Shown: one piece after another, positions 40,656 through 50,690 of the stretch | Layout of the letters: every line of letters begins with the position of its first letter | Numbering within the stretch: position 1 is the stretch's first letter | DNA from: Actinomycetota bacterium | Lineage (GTDB): Bacteria > Actinomycetota > Actinomycetes > S36-B12 > UBA5976 | Assembly: GCA_947452755.1 (NCBI GenBank) | Contig: CANGDT010000005.1 | Span: 1-58,543 of the forward strand | Length of the DNA stretch: 58,543 nucleotides | Reading direction: 5' to 3' | Notes under the pieces: generated by a model | What the model was told of the DNA's origin: nothing | What the model saw: the letters and a program-made list of their open reading frames with translations, nothing else | Databases searched by the model: none | Translations under genes and position numbers: made by a program

Positions 40656-41918
40656 ATGGCCAAGTCCACTCTGTCAGCAGACCACGCGCGTCTCATTGCT
40701 ATCGAGGCCGCAGGACTTGGTCCGAAGAAACCAGCCCCAATAAAGTCCGCAAGTGACGTACTGCCGTTTCTAGGTGCTGTGCAACTCGACACAATCTCAA
40801 CACTCGCTAGGTCGCACGAGCTCGTCCACTACGCGCGCGTTGATGCATCCCGAGACGATGTTGAGCGCGCACTATGGGCCAACCCAGCGCACACATTCGA
40901 ATATTGGTCGCATGCTGCATGCGTACTCCCACTCTCTATGTATCCATGGTTCGCTACACGTAGGCGTGGATTTTTAGCACGCAAATCCGTCTGGCGAAGC
41001 TTGCCACCCACCCGCGCAATCAACGCCGTAAAAAAGAAACTTGAAGGCAACCCTCAGTCCGCCACAGACTTGGGTGGAGCTAAAAGAGGCGGCGAATGGT
41101 GGGACTGGTCCGACACTAAAGAGGCACTTGAGTGGTTGCTCGCCATCGGTGAGGTTGTCTGCACACAACGCATCGGATGGCGGCGGATCTACTCGCTCAG
41201 CCATGAATCAATACCAAGAGAATTGCGCGAACAGCCGCATTGGCAAACTTCGAATGGAATTTTGGGACCAAGTGACGCGGAATGTATCAGGGAACTAATT
41301 CTCGCGGGAGTTCGCAGCTTAGGCATTGGCACCTTTGGCGACATCGTCGATGTCCATCGACTCGGTGGCTGGCATTCAAATCGCGCAACAGTAACGCGTC
41401 ACCTGAATGAGCTCGTCGACGAAGGCTTGATTAAGTCTGTCGATGTTGACTCTTGGAATGAACCGGCTTACGCCAACCCATCCGCACTGAACAGTGCCTC
41501 CCGAAAGACTGCAGGCAGCGAATCCACGACTACCCTGCTGACACCATTTGACTCTCTTATATGGCACCGCGACAGGGTAAGCCGAATCTTCGGTATGGAC
41601 TACCGAATCGAGGCCTACACGCCTGCAGCAAAGCGAATCTACGGGTACTTTGCGATGCCAGTCCTGCATGACGGGCAACTCGTTGCGCGCGTCGATCCTG
41701 GTCGCGAAAAGAACGGCGGAAAAACCACTTTGGTCGCCAAAACAGTCACCTTTGAAACAGACAGCCGCGGCAAAGTTGCTGCCAACGCGATCCAAGGAAC
41801 GGCGATGGCACTTACCAAGGCTGCAAAATGGGTGAATGCCACCTCGATTGAATGCGGCACTGTAAAACCAGAAAGCGCCTCACTCGCTTTGAGTAAGGCG
41901 CTTTCCGTTAAGCATTAG
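40656..41918 (+). CDS. Winged-helix YcaQ/AlkZ-like (DUF1006) putative DNA crosslink-repair glycosylase
   Basis: About 420 aa. N-terminal ...LGAVQLDTISTLARSHELVHYARV and C-terminal ...YTPAAKRIYGYFAMPVLHDGQLVARVD, characteristic of YcaQ-family proteins. Confidence 0.7.
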   Translation: MAKSTLSADHARLIAIEAAGLGPKKPAPIKSASDVLPFLGAVQLDTISTLARSHELVHYARVDASRDDVERALWANPAHTFEYWSHAACVLPLSMYPWFATRRRGFLARKSVWRSLPPTRAINAVKKKLEGNPQSATDLGGAKRGGEWWDWSDTKEALEWLLAIGEVVCTQRIGWRRIYSLSHESIPRELREQPHWQTSNGILGPSDAECIRELILAGVRSLGIGTFGDIVDVHRLGGWHSNRATVTRHLNELVDEGLIKSVDVDSWNEPAYANPSALNSASRKTAGSESTTTLLTPFDSLIWHRDRVSRIFGMDYRIEAYTPAAKRIYGYFAMPVLHDGQLVARVDPGREKNGGKTTLVAKTVTFETDSRGKVAANAIQGTAMALTKAAKWVNATSIECGTVKPESASLALSKALSVKH

Positions 41919-42553
41919 CTCGCTTGCTGAAGTTGAACAAGACCGAAGTCGTACCCACGACGGCGGTAAAGAACACTGGAAAGCCCGTTAGCAACGTCTT
42001 GGAATAAAAAGAAATCGTGACCAACAAGTTCCATCGCTTCAATGGCTTGCTCAACTGTCATAGCTTGGCTTTCGATGTGCTTTGTGCGGACAACCAACGG
42101 GCCGCTTTCGAGGACAACATCCGCAAAGTCATCGTCACTCTGATCCGATGCCAGCTCCTCAGCAAGTGCCTCGAGGCCAATGTCCAAGACAGGACGCGCA
42201 TGGCGAACCGACTTTGACTTTTCATGGATGCGACGCAGTCGTTCTTCTAATTTTGAATATGCAAGATCAAGAGCAACATACTTATCGGCGGCGTGTGCTT
42301 CCGCACGAATAGATGGTCCTGCTCCACTGCAGGTCAATTCGACTTCAAATGCACGATCATGCATCCGTGGATTTGCTTCGTGCGAAACTTCCACGTCGAC
42401 GCGTTGTATTGGAACCGAGAAACGATCAAGGCGACCAAGTTTGTCGACTGCGTGATCTTTGAATTTCTCGGACAAGGCAGCGTGGCGACCGTGAACCACG
42501 ATGTCTAGTTCGGATGAATCAACTTCAGGATTAAGTGCCCTGTTCATGTGCAT
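41915..42553 (-). CDS. hpf: Long-form ribosome hibernation promoting factor
   Basis: RaiA/HPF N-domain (VVHGRHAALSEKFKDHAVDKLGRL) and C-terminal dimerisation domain (FFLFQDV...VLYRRRGYDFGLV). The start is either ATG 42553 or ATG 42547. Confidence 0.9.
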   Translation of the reverse strand: MHMNRALNPEVDSSELDIVVHGRHAALSEKFKDHAVDKLGRLDRFSVPIQRVDVEVSHEANPRMHDRAFEVELTCSGAGPSIRAEAHAADKYVALDLAYSKLEERLRRIHEKSKSVRHARPVLDIGLEALAEELASDQSDDDFADVVLESGPLVVRTKHIESQAMTVEQAIEAMELVGHDFFLFQDVANGLSSVLYRRRGYDFGLVQLQQAS

Positions 42554-42735
42554 TACCTTTCATCCAATGTGCGCTCATACGCACCTATAGGGACAGCATG
42601 CATCGTCCTGCCGCCAAAATCTACAGATTTACCAGAATCAATCAATGGCTGAACATAAGAAGTGACCCCCACCCGGCCGACCTGATTTTCGACCCCACAT
42701 TCGCCCACAGAAACTTTCGCAGCGTCAATCGCCAC
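42553..42735 (-). CDS. Candidate unannotated 60-codon small ORF immediately upstream of hpf
   Basis: GTG at 42735 lies 6 nt after AAGAGAAGG. The stop TAA overlaps the hpf ATG (TAATG). G is strongly enriched at first codon positions, and the peptide is V/G/A/D/E-rich. Against it: AGG, ATA and GTA codons, and I recognise no homologue. Confidence 0.35.
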   Translation of the reverse strand: MAIDAAKVSVGECGVENQVGRVGVTSYVQPLIDSGKSVDFGGRTMHAVPIGAYERTLDER

Positions 42736-42931
42736 TACTAGCCTTCTCTTGGATCGCTGGCCATCTGGACCATTGGCAAGGTGGGACTTACTTCTAAACC
42801 GCGCCGTGCTCGAACGACAAAGAGTCGCCTTACGTGGACCGCTTAGCCCGCGGCTGGCATCGGCTTGCTGCAGACCAACTTCGAAGAATTGCTCTGCAAC
42901 GCAATCACGGACCCGGGTGGGTGCCATACCT

Positions 42932-43567
42932 TTACCGTAACCCTTTTGGACGCGATGCACATAATGCCAGTGCATAAACTTCCTGGACACCTGCTGCCTT
43001 CAATGTTTTTGCTGCAGACCCCAATGTCGCACCCGTCGTTATTACATCGTCAATGAGGGCAACAACAGAAGGTGCTGGTGCTAACACTTCAAAGGCCCCT
43101 TGGACATTTGCATGACGTTCACGAGGGTTCAATCCAACCGAGTCGTCAATTTCCCTGGCCTGCCCGAGCAGATTCGCTACTCGAATAGATTCAGGAGAAA
43201 TTCGCGCGGCCTCGTCAGCAACGAGTCTTACGGGGTTAAATCCACGTTGAAGCAACTTCTGTGGCGACGATGGAATCGGGATACATGCAACAGTCGAATC
43301 AAGATTTAGGTGCCGTGCCAGCTGTACGAGAAGTTCAGCAAGAGCTGGCACAGAGCCCCGCCGGCTCTCTTTGAGGGCGATGACAGCATCGCGAACCCAA
43401 CCGTCGTAGTCATGCGCGGCAAATGCAGACTCGACGCCTGGAATATCTTGTCGAGCAAATGGGACCAGAGTGGAAAGACATTCAGGACAAAGACGTGAAC
43501 CTAGCCTTGCGCAACGGCCACACATTGGTGTGAAAACCAGGTCCCGAATTATTTGAAACATATTCAA
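42932..43567 (-). CDS. comF: ComF-family phosphoribosyltransferase-domain protein
   Basis: N-terminal Cys-rich zinc-finger-like CGRCARLGSRLCPEC and PRTase motif VALIDDVITTGATL. It sits in the conserved position between lpqB and hpf. Confidence 0.85.
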   Translation of the reverse strand: MNMFQIIRDLVFTPMCGRCARLGSRLCPECLSTLVPFARQDIPGVESAFAAHDYDGWVRDAVIALKESRRGSVPALAELLVQLARHLNLDSTVACIPIPSSPQKLLQRGFNPVRLVADEAARISPESIRVANLLGQAREIDDSVGLNPRERHANVQGAFEVLAPAPSVVALIDDVITTGATLGSAAKTLKAAGVQEVYALALCASRPKGLR

Positions 43568-43629
43568 GCAAAACCTTTGCTCGAAAATTGTGCGACAGAA
43601 AACCTAAGTCTTCGAACTAATCTGGTCTG

Positions 43630-45345
43630 TTAATTGTGTTTGCGGGCGTAGAACGCTGATTCGCCGGGGCCGACCAGAAGCCATTGACTGAACTCGCGTT
43701 GATAAATCTCTTGACGTGCACCATTGGCCACTGCCACAACGACCTGTCCCGAACCATCAACCGCCAAACTCTGTGAGCCCGCAGGTACCGCATCGGCGTT
43801 GGCCGTACCAAGTCTGACATTGATGCGGTAGAGCTGTTGCGCACCTGACGTATCCGACCCGAGAACGAGCACTTCGTTTTCAGACAACCACAAAATATCG
43901 CGAACACTCGTCACGGTTCTTTGCATTTCACGCAGTCCAAATATTTCGTGGGTGTCTTTGTCGCTGAATAGCGAACCCAATACCAATACGTCGCGCGCTC
44001 CTTCGACCAAAACACCTGCAACCCGCACTCCATCAGGGGCCAACGCTACTTGCCTCATTTGTTGAGCATTTCCTAAAGTGTTTGCGCCCAGTGTCACGAC
44101 ATGTGCCCGCCCGGCTAAGTCCACTAAATGTAGACCGTGACCGTAGTCAGCAATCAATACATCACCCATGGCATCCCACGTTGGCCGCGTTAACGCATCA
44201 CCTGTCAACACAGGCTGAAGAAGCGCTGACCGCTTTCGGTTCCACACAAGTGTGTGCCCATCAGCTGTGACTGCTGCCATCGCATTCGAGCGCAAGTCCG
44301 TCGCAGCAAGTCCAAGTGCCCCAGGCACTGAATCAGCAAGTATCGAGGTTCGAAAATCTGTGCCGTTGGCATCAATGGCATGGACTGTTCGATTACGAAC
44401 AACATTTAATTCAACGGCGCGATCAAGAGACGCCGGTTTGTACTCAAGCCAATCTGTCCGCGTTTGTACTGTACCCACACCTGAAATTGCAAGGGCCTGG
44501 CCAGAAACAGAAATCTTGACCGCAGAAACATTCGGCAGTGACGTGAGCGTCCATACAAGCTGTGCTGCAAGTTCGGCGCGTTCCGTACGCGTCGCGCTCA
44601 ACACTTCGGAAGACAGATCAACGGTTGCTACACCCGCAGATACCGGCACCGAGCCAAATGACAATTTTGTACCGGCAGGAACTGCCGAACGTACGGCTTG
44701 GGCGATGTTGGGGCTTGCCCCTGCCAGAAGGGCGCGTACCAACGTAGTAGCGACTCCTTGCGAACTCGCGGGTACAAGCACGAAGTCAGGAACTAGATCT
44801 GTGCTTCGTTGGGCAAGGAAGTACACCGAGTAGCCACGAAATTCTCGCTCTAGTTCTGAAGTGCTGAGAAGCAACCCGTCAGGCAATGCAGTGATTCGCC
44901 ATTGACCATCTGTTCGCTGCGACAACGTAAATTGGGCGTCCACTTTCGCACCAGGTTGCGCTAACGCAAAAGAACCAGAGGCGTTAATTGAACTTTCATG
45001 CGGTGCGTTCACAACAATGTGGGAATCTTGCGCCGAGATGTCCATCTCGCGCGTGTCAAGAAATTCGATACCTGAATCAGGATTCCACTTCTTCGCTGTA
45101 GCCACATCTAGGTACTGTCGCGCAATCGCGTAGTTATCACCCGAGTCAGCACATGCTTCCAGGAAACCGCGGACAACGTCCTCGGCGGACGCGTTTTCTA
45201 TTGGTGGTCGCGCGATAACGCGCACGTATTGGCTAGCCGAATCAGTTGTAGTGATGTCGTTCAGGTGAATAGCACTCGATGTAGGAATACCGGCGCATCC
45301 AGTAAGCGCTAACAGCAAAGCTGCAAAAGCGGAAGCCTTACGCAT
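43630..45345 (-). CDS. lpqB: Lipoprotein LpqB (MtrAB accessory)
   Basis: Lipobox LLALTGCAG, 571 aa. Overlaps mtrB by 8 nt. Canonical mtrA-mtrB-lpqB order. Confidence 0.88.
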   Translation of the reverse strand: MRKASAFAALLLALTGCAGIPTSSAIHLNDITTTDSASQYVRVIARPPIENASAEDVVRGFLEACADSGDNYAIARQYLDVATAKKWNPDSGIEFLDTREMDISAQDSHIVVNAPHESSINASGSFALAQPGAKVDAQFTLSQRTDGQWRITALPDGLLLSTSELEREFRGYSVYFLAQRSTDLVPDFVLVPASSQGVATTLVRALLAGASPNIAQAVRSAVPAGTKLSFGSVPVSAGVATVDLSSEVLSATRTERAELAAQLVWTLTSLPNVSAVKISVSGQALAISGVGTVQTRTDWLEYKPASLDRAVELNVVRNRTVHAIDANGTDFRTSILADSVPGALGLAATDLRSNAMAAVTADGHTLVWNRKRSALLQPVLTGDALTRPTWDAMGDVLIADYGHGLHLVDLAGRAHVVTLGANTLGNAQQMRQVALAPDGVRVAGVLVEGARDVLVLGSLFSDKDTHEIFGLREMQRTVTSVRDILWLSENEVLVLGSDTSGAQQLYRINVRLGTANADAVPAGSQSLAVDGSGQVVVAVANGARQEIYQREFSQWLLVGPGESAFYARKHN

Positions 45346-46891
45346 GGGTCACCTCGGCAACAATGGCTGGCTCGAAGTCAATGGAGCCAAGTCGGCGAGG
45401 AACAGTCAAAACAAAATGTGCACCAATACCCGGTTCACCCGCGACATGGATAAAGCCACCGTGCAGATGTGCATCTTCAACAGAAATGGCAAGTCCAAGT
45501 CCTGTTCCACCAAGTGTTCGTTGTCGGGCAGGATCAGCACGCCAGAAGCGACCAAATACCAATTCAAGGTCCTCTGAGTTCAGACCCTGACCATGGTCAC
45601 GAACACCAATCGAAACGGCCTCATCATTTGCATTAATGGTGATGTCGATCGGCTTACTTTCCGAATACTCGATGGCGTTAGTCACCAAGTTGCGAACAAT
45701 TCGACTCAAGCGACGTGAGTCGCCTTCGACCATGACATACATGCTCGGAATATCAAGATTGAATCTAGTTGAGTGACTCGCCGCCACATCGCCATATTGC
45801 TCCGTGACACCTTGCACCAAGGCAACAACATCAACAGTGGTCGGATCCAGGTCTGCAACACCAGCATCAAACCGGCTCATTTCAAGAAGTTCGGTCAGTA
45901 GCGAATCAAATCGATCCACCTGGCGTCGTAGTAACTCTGCCGACCGAGCAGTATCAGGATCAAAGTCTCGGCGAGCATCGTAAATCATTTCGCTTGCCAT
46001 GCGCACTGTTGTTAACGGCGTACGCAACTCATGAGACACGTCCGACACAAACTTCTGTTGGATGTGTGACAGCGTCTCAAGTCTCGTGATTTGGCTTTGC
46101 AAACTCTCAGCCATCTCGTTGAAAGACCCCGCCAAGCGAGCCATGTCATCTTTACCGCGAACACTCATGCGGCGATCAAGATCTCCGGCCGCCAACTGTT
46201 CCGCAACGCGAGCTGCTTCACGCACAGGATCAGCGACACGTGATGTAACGAACCATGCCAGCACGCCCAAGCCAAGGAGAAGTGCAATTCCTGTTCCTAG
46301 AACACCTCGTCGGACAAGGTCGATCGTGTTTTGTTCATTCTTAAGCGGGAACAGCATGTACAACTCGTAGTCGCCCACGCCAGGGAATATGACTGGCGCG
46401 CCGACAATGATTCCAGAAGTGGTAGTTCCGTCTTCATAGTGAATTGGCGAGTACATCCATGCTTGTTGATTGTGTGCATTCACGGCGTCGCGCAAACTTT
46501 GTGGAATAGAAGCAACAGTCACGTATTGCGTTCCACGTTCTGGAGTTCCGGAAGTCGCCTGATTGCTCAAAAGCAAAGCATCGTATAGACCTGGTGATCC
46601 TGCCCGCACTGCAAGTGCAGTGATGACAGAGTCAACGAGTCGCGTTGCATTGGGCGCCGCCAACCCAGTATCCGATGCGGTAACTAGCCGCTGAACTTCC
46701 TGTCGAGCAGCTGACGCTTCACTGAGTGAACTTGTTTCTTTTGCTCGAAGCAATCCTGTCGTTACACGACTCAGCAGAATGAATCCAACGAGACTAATCA
46801 CAACAATTGAGATGGCAACAGTGATTGTGACCAGTCGCAACTGTAGGTTGCGCTGCCACACTGTGCCACGGAGCTCGGTGGATTGCTCCAC
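45338..46891 (-). CDS. mtrB: Sensor histidine kinase MtrB
   Basis: TM - periplasmic - TM - HAMP layout. H-box VSHELRTPLT and an ATPase G-box GTGLGLAI. Confidence 0.9.
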   Translation of the reverse strand: MEQSTELRGTVWQRNLQLRLVTITVAISIVVISLVGFILLSRVTTGLLRAKETSSLSEASAARQEVQRLVTASDTGLAAPNATRLVDSVITALAVRAGSPGLYDALLLSNQATSGTPERGTQYVTVASIPQSLRDAVNAHNQQAWMYSPIHYEDGTTTSGIIVGAPVIFPGVGDYELYMLFPLKNEQNTIDLVRRGVLGTGIALLLGLGVLAWFVTSRVADPVREAARVAEQLAAGDLDRRMSVRGKDDMARLAGSFNEMAESLQSQITRLETLSHIQQKFVSDVSHELRTPLTTVRMASEMIYDARRDFDPDTARSAELLRRQVDRFDSLLTELLEMSRFDAGVADLDPTTVDVVALVQGVTEQYGDVAASHSTRFNLDIPSMYVMVEGDSRRLSRIVRNLVTNAIEYSESKPIDITINANDEAVSIGVRDHGQGLNSEDLELVFGRFWRADPARQRTLGGTGLGLAISVEDAHLHGGFIHVAGEPGIGAHFVLTVPRRLGSIDFEPAIVAEVTHA

Positions 46892-46894
46892 GAC

Positions 46895-47581
46895 CTAGAC
46901 GGCTCCAGCTTTATAGCCAATGCCACGAACCGTCATCACAATTTCTGGATGTTCCGGATCGCGTTCAATTTTTGAACGAAGTCGCTGCACATGAACATTC
47001 ACAAGACGAGTATCGGCAGCATGACGGTATTCCCACACTTCTTGAAGCAGTACTTCACGTGTGAACACCTGCCAAGGACGTTTTGCAAGAGTCATCAACA
47101 GTTTGAATTCAAGAACAGTAAGAGAAATTTCAACATCTCCACGACGGACGCAATGTCCTGCTACGTCAATAACCAGGTCAGCAATACGAATTTCTTGTGT
47201 TGCTGGAGATTCAATCGTGCGTAGACGTGCACGAACTCGCGCAATTAATTCTTTGTTCTTGATTGGTTTAACAATGTAATCATCAGCGCCTGATTCCAAA
47301 CCTGTAACAACATCTTGTGAATCGCTTCGCGCAGTCAGCATCACGATTGGGACGCCACTTTCTTCGCGAATTGCGCGGCAAATATCGATGCCATCGCGAC
47401 CAGGCAACATCAAGTCAAGTAAAACCAAGTCGGGCTTGTCGCGATGAAACGCATCGATTGCCGACAGTCCGTCAGCACAAAAAGTTGGTTCAAATCCTTC
47501 AGCACGCAGCACAATGCCAAGAATCTCGGCAATGTCTTTGTCATCATCGATGACCAGGATGCGCTGACCCACGATTCTCAC
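46895..47581 (-). CDS. mtrA: OmpR-family response regulator MtrA
   Basis: Receiver domain (ILVIDDD ... DLMLPGRDG) plus a winged-helix output domain. The real start is probably GTG 47572, which gives 9-nt spacing from the GAAAGG SD. Confidence 0.9.
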   Translation of the reverse strand: MRIVGQRILVIDDDKDIAEILGIVLRAEGFEPTFCADGLSAIDAFHRDKPDLVLLDLMLPGRDGIDICRAIREESGVPIVMLTARSDSQDVVTGLESGADDYIVKPIKNKELIARVRARLRTIESPATQEIRIADLVIDVAGHCVRRGDVEISLTVLEFKLLMTLAKRPWQVFTREVLLQEVWEYRHAADTRLVNVHVQRLRSKIERDPEHPEIVMTVRGIGYKAGAV

Positions 47582-47678
47582 CTTTCGCTGAATTGATGTA
47601 TCTAGAATTTACCCCACCCGAACTGCCCGTTAATACCAGAATCACCTCTGGAGAGCGGGTGACCATTACTGTAGGTAA

Positions 47679-48134
47679 ATGGATTTGGGCTCACTAATCA
47701 CGCGATTTCGCGCCGAACTAGCCAAATTCGGGGCCGTCGGCCTGGCAGCCTACGTTGTGGATGTCAGCATATTTAACTTTCTGCGATTCCATGGTGGCGA
47801 AGGAGTACTTTTCGACAAACCGTTGACAGCAAAAGCAGTCAGTGTCGCCGTAGCTACCACGTTCGCCTATTTCGGAAACCGCTATTGGACATTTGGGCAC
47901 CGAGCTCGTACTTCTTTCCGCCGTGAATACGTGCTCTTTTTTGCACTCAATGGTGCTGCCATGGTGATTGCCATTGGGTGTCTTTGGATCAGCCATTATC
48001 TGTTGAATTTCACGTCCCCACTTGCCGACAATCTCAGCGCAAATGGAATTGGCCTTGTGTTTGGAACAGCATTTAGATTTTGGGGTTACCACACTTTTGT
48101 ATTCCCAGAAGAAATCGCCGAACCTACAAGCTAG
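47679..48134 (+). CDS. GtrA-family membrane protein
   Basis: 151 aa, 4 TM helices. FGAVGLAAYVVDVSIFNFL ... RFWGYHTFVF is typical of the GtrA family. Confidence 0.75.
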   Translation: MDLGSLITRFRAELAKFGAVGLAAYVVDVSIFNFLRFHGGEGVLFDKPLTAKAVSVAVATTFAYFGNRYWTFGHRARTSFRREYVLFFALNGAAMVIAIGCLWISHYLLNFTSPLADNLSANGIGLVFGTAFRFWGYHTFVFPEEIAEPTS

Positions 48135-49150
48135 AAACTCTCTGATTCTTCTTCGCTATTTGAAGCGATGAGAAAAACTCCGAATACAGCAGGCTTAATA
48201 GAGCGAAGTTCGAGTCGTCCACCATCCGAGGCAACTTGTGATCGTGCCCATGCCAACCCAAGTCCAGTTCCCTGCGTCGTCGATCCTGCAGTCATGAGCT
48301 CACCGCGAACGTCATCGGAAATCCCATCCCCTTCGTCACCAACTTCAATCAGCATCCACGTGCGGTAGTCAGAGACGCGAATCGAAGTTTTTCCGGCGCC
48401 ATACTTCAAAGAATTTTCCAACAGCACGGAAAAGACAAGCTCTTGAATGCCAGGAGTGCCCAAGACAAAGACATCGGTATCGCAGATTACCGAAATGCTG
48501 CGACCAGCATCTGAATAACGCTGGGTCCAGTTCGCCGCAGAAGCGCGAACAAATTTTGAGAGTTCGATTCTTTCCAATCGCCGATCTGTTGTTGTGCGCC
48601 ATGTCGTCAGCAAAGATTCAACCAGCGTCACCATACGTTCGACTTGAACAAGTGTGCCCAGTGCGTCATCGTGGATGTGAGTACCAACCGTGTCGCTGGC
48701 AATTTGTTCGAGGCGAAGTGACAGGGCTGTAAGCGGACTACGCAATTGATGCGACACATCCGCAGCTAATGTGCGCTCTGCATTCAAACGATTGCGTGCC
48801 GCACTCGCGGATGTTCGTAATTCGCTCAGCGCACCATCAATATCCGCGACACCAGTTATTTGAGGATTAACATCCCGCACACCCTGAGCAATTATTCGCA
48901 CATCATTAACCAACACATTGATTGGTTCGACAGCCCTACGTGCGATTGCTACAGAGGCAAACACAAGTGCGCAAGCCAAGAAATTTATCGCAGCAAGAAA
49001 ACCAACTGTGTGATAGCCCATCGCAAACGTGTCGGTCGAGACACCATGTGCGACTAAATATTTTTTTTGGAGCGCATATCCAAAAAGCCCTGCAACGACT
49101 AGGCCTGGTAAGCCCACCAGAATGAATAATCGCTCAAGCCGCCTATTCAT
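48131..49150 (-). CDS. Two-component sensor histidine kinase
   Basis: 2 TM helices, H-box AADVSHQLRSPLTAL, and an ATP-binding region GTGLGLAWA. Confidence 0.85.
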   Translation of the reverse strand: MNRRLERLFILVGLPGLVVAGLFGYALQKKYLVAHGVSTDTFAMGYHTVGFLAAINFLACALVFASVAIARRAVEPINVLVNDVRIIAQGVRDVNPQITGVADIDGALSELRTSASAARNRLNAERTLAADVSHQLRSPLTALSLRLEQIASDTVGTHIHDDALGTLVQVERMVTLVESLLTTWRTTTDRRLERIELSKFVRASAANWTQRYSDAGRSISVICDTDVFVLGTPGIQELVFSVLLENSLKYGAGKTSIRVSDYRTWMLIEVGDEGDGISDDVRGELMTAGSTTQGTGLGLAWARSQVASDGGRLELRSIKPAVFGVFLIASNSEEESESF

Positions 49151-49821
49151 TGCGCCTCAGGATCAAATCTGAAACCAATTCCGCGAACAGTGGAAATGTG
49201 GCTGCCACTATCGCCGAGCTTTCGACGAAGTGCAGAAACGTGCATGTCGAGATTCTTGGTCGACCCAACCCATTCGGTATTCCACAAATCGCGCAAAATC
49301 TGTTGACGTGTGACAACACGTCCAACATTGGACATCAGTAAATCGAGCAGCTCAAATTCACGTGACGTGAGCGCTAACGGCTCGTCGCTCACTATGACCG
49401 AACGCGCAACACGATTCAAGACAATCTCATTAATGTGAAGTTGAGCCTGTTCATGTCCTTCAACTCGACGCAGTAGCGCGCGAATGCGGGCAAGAAGTTC
49501 GGTGGATCGGAAAGGTTTCATCAGATAGTCGTCGGCACCTGCGTCTAAACCCACGACAAGGTCCAGTTCGGCTACCCGCGCAGTCAACATCAAAATAGGA
49601 ACAGTGAACCCTCCGGCTCGCAGAGTGCGGCACACATCTAGTCCATCGACTGTCGGCAAACCAAGATCAAGAATGATGAGGTCCGGGGTTCCACGGCGCA
49701 CCATTTCAAGTGCGACTCCGCCATCAGTTGCCGTGGCAACCGAATGCCCTTCACTTTGCAAAGTGCGCGTCAAAGGACCGGAGATCTCCAAGTCATCTTC
49801 AACCACCAGCACACGAGCCAT
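49147..49821 (-). CDS. OmpR-family response regulator
   Basis: Receiver domain (VLVVEDD ... DLGLPTVDG) plus a winged-helix domain. 4-nt overlap with the kinase gene. Confidence 0.88.
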   Translation of the reverse strand: MARVLVVEDDLEISGPLTRTLQSEGHSVATATDGGVALEMVRRGTPDLIILDLGLPTVDGLDVCRTLRAGGFTVPILMLTARVAELDLVVGLDAGADDYLMKPFRSTELLARIRALLRRVEGHEQAQLHINEIVLNRVARSVIVSDEPLALTSREFELLDLLMSNVGRVVTRQQILRDLWNTEWVGSTKNLDMHVSALRRKLGDSGSHISTVRGIGFRFDPEAQ

Positions 49822-49857
49822 GAAAGAACCTTACTCGCGGTTTGAATTCGTGAATAC

Positions 49858-50652
49858 CTATCGCAGGTGAACAATATCGCCGACGGTGACCACTTCGGGT
49901 TTACCATCGCGGCTAATTACCAATCCGCCGTGCTCATCGATGCCCGTTGCATGCGCTAAGTAATGAGTGCCGTCAGCTTGGTGCACAGTAACCTCGCGAC
50001 CAAGAGTGCTGCAGACCGTTTTGTAGTCCTCAAGCCATCCATCATTGCCAGTATCGGCACTTAGTACTTCCCAAATCAGCGACAAAAACCTTCCGAGAAA
50101 TTCTTCGCGGGAAACCGAAAAACCTTCAAGCGACAGTGAAGACGCACTCTGCGTTGGCAACTCGTTCTCATCAAGTGAAAAATTGATACCCACACCAACA
50201 ATCACAAGTTCATTTGTTTTTGTGGAAAGTATTCCGCCAAGTTTGCGCAATCCTTCGACTTCACCGTCGATAACAATGTCATTAGGCCACTTCAGTTGCA
50301 CGACGGCACCACAATCGCTGAGTGCCCGAACAGCTAGTAACCCAAAATGCAGTGGAATCAGCGTCGCACTATGAGCAATGGCTCCAGCAGGAAACGCGAC
50401 ACTGAGCGCAACACCAGCACCGAATGGACTAGTCCAGGTGCGATCAAGTCGACCACGCCCAGCAGTCTGCTCGTCTGCCGTACACGCAACAAGCAATGCG
50501 CCGGGGTTATCCAAAGCAAGCGCGGCCACCACGTCATTGGTAGAGCCAACCGACTCGATGACCTGCAGAATGACCGCATCGCGGACTTCCGGGGACATTT
50601 CTGAATGAATGCGGTCACAATCAAGGCGCGCTCTGGGAACTTTGGGGGTCAC
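49858..50652 (-). CDS. birA: Biotin--[acetyl-CoA-carboxylase] ligase (group I, no HTH)
   Basis: GRGRLDRTW motif, 264 aa. Divergent from the carboxylase genes. Confidence 0.88.
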   Translation of the reverse strand: MTPKVPRARLDCDRIHSEMSPEVRDAVILQVIESVGSTNDVVAALALDNPGALLVACTADEQTAGRGRLDRTWTSPFGAGVALSVAFPAGAIAHSATLIPLHFGLLAVRALSDCGAVVQLKWPNDIVIDGEVEGLRKLGGILSTKTNELVIVGVGINFSLDENELPTQSASSLSLEGFSVSREEFLGRFLSLIWEVLSADTGNDGWLEDYKTVCSTLGREVTVHQADGTHYLAHATGIDEHGGLVISRDGKPEVVTVGDIVHLR

Positions 50653-50690
50653 ATCGCTAGGGTAGACGAAGCGATACTACGGAGGTACCT

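Noticed and set aside
42736-42990. The full-length 145-aa ORF 42553-42990, and the 124-aa version starting at ATG 42927, as a real protein
   Set aside because: The 5' part overlaps the comF 3' end out of frame. It is Arg/Ser-rich with many AGA, AGG and CTA codons, and it has essentially no spacing between the SD-like AAAGG and ATG 42927. Only the distal 60 codons were kept, as a low-confidence candidate.
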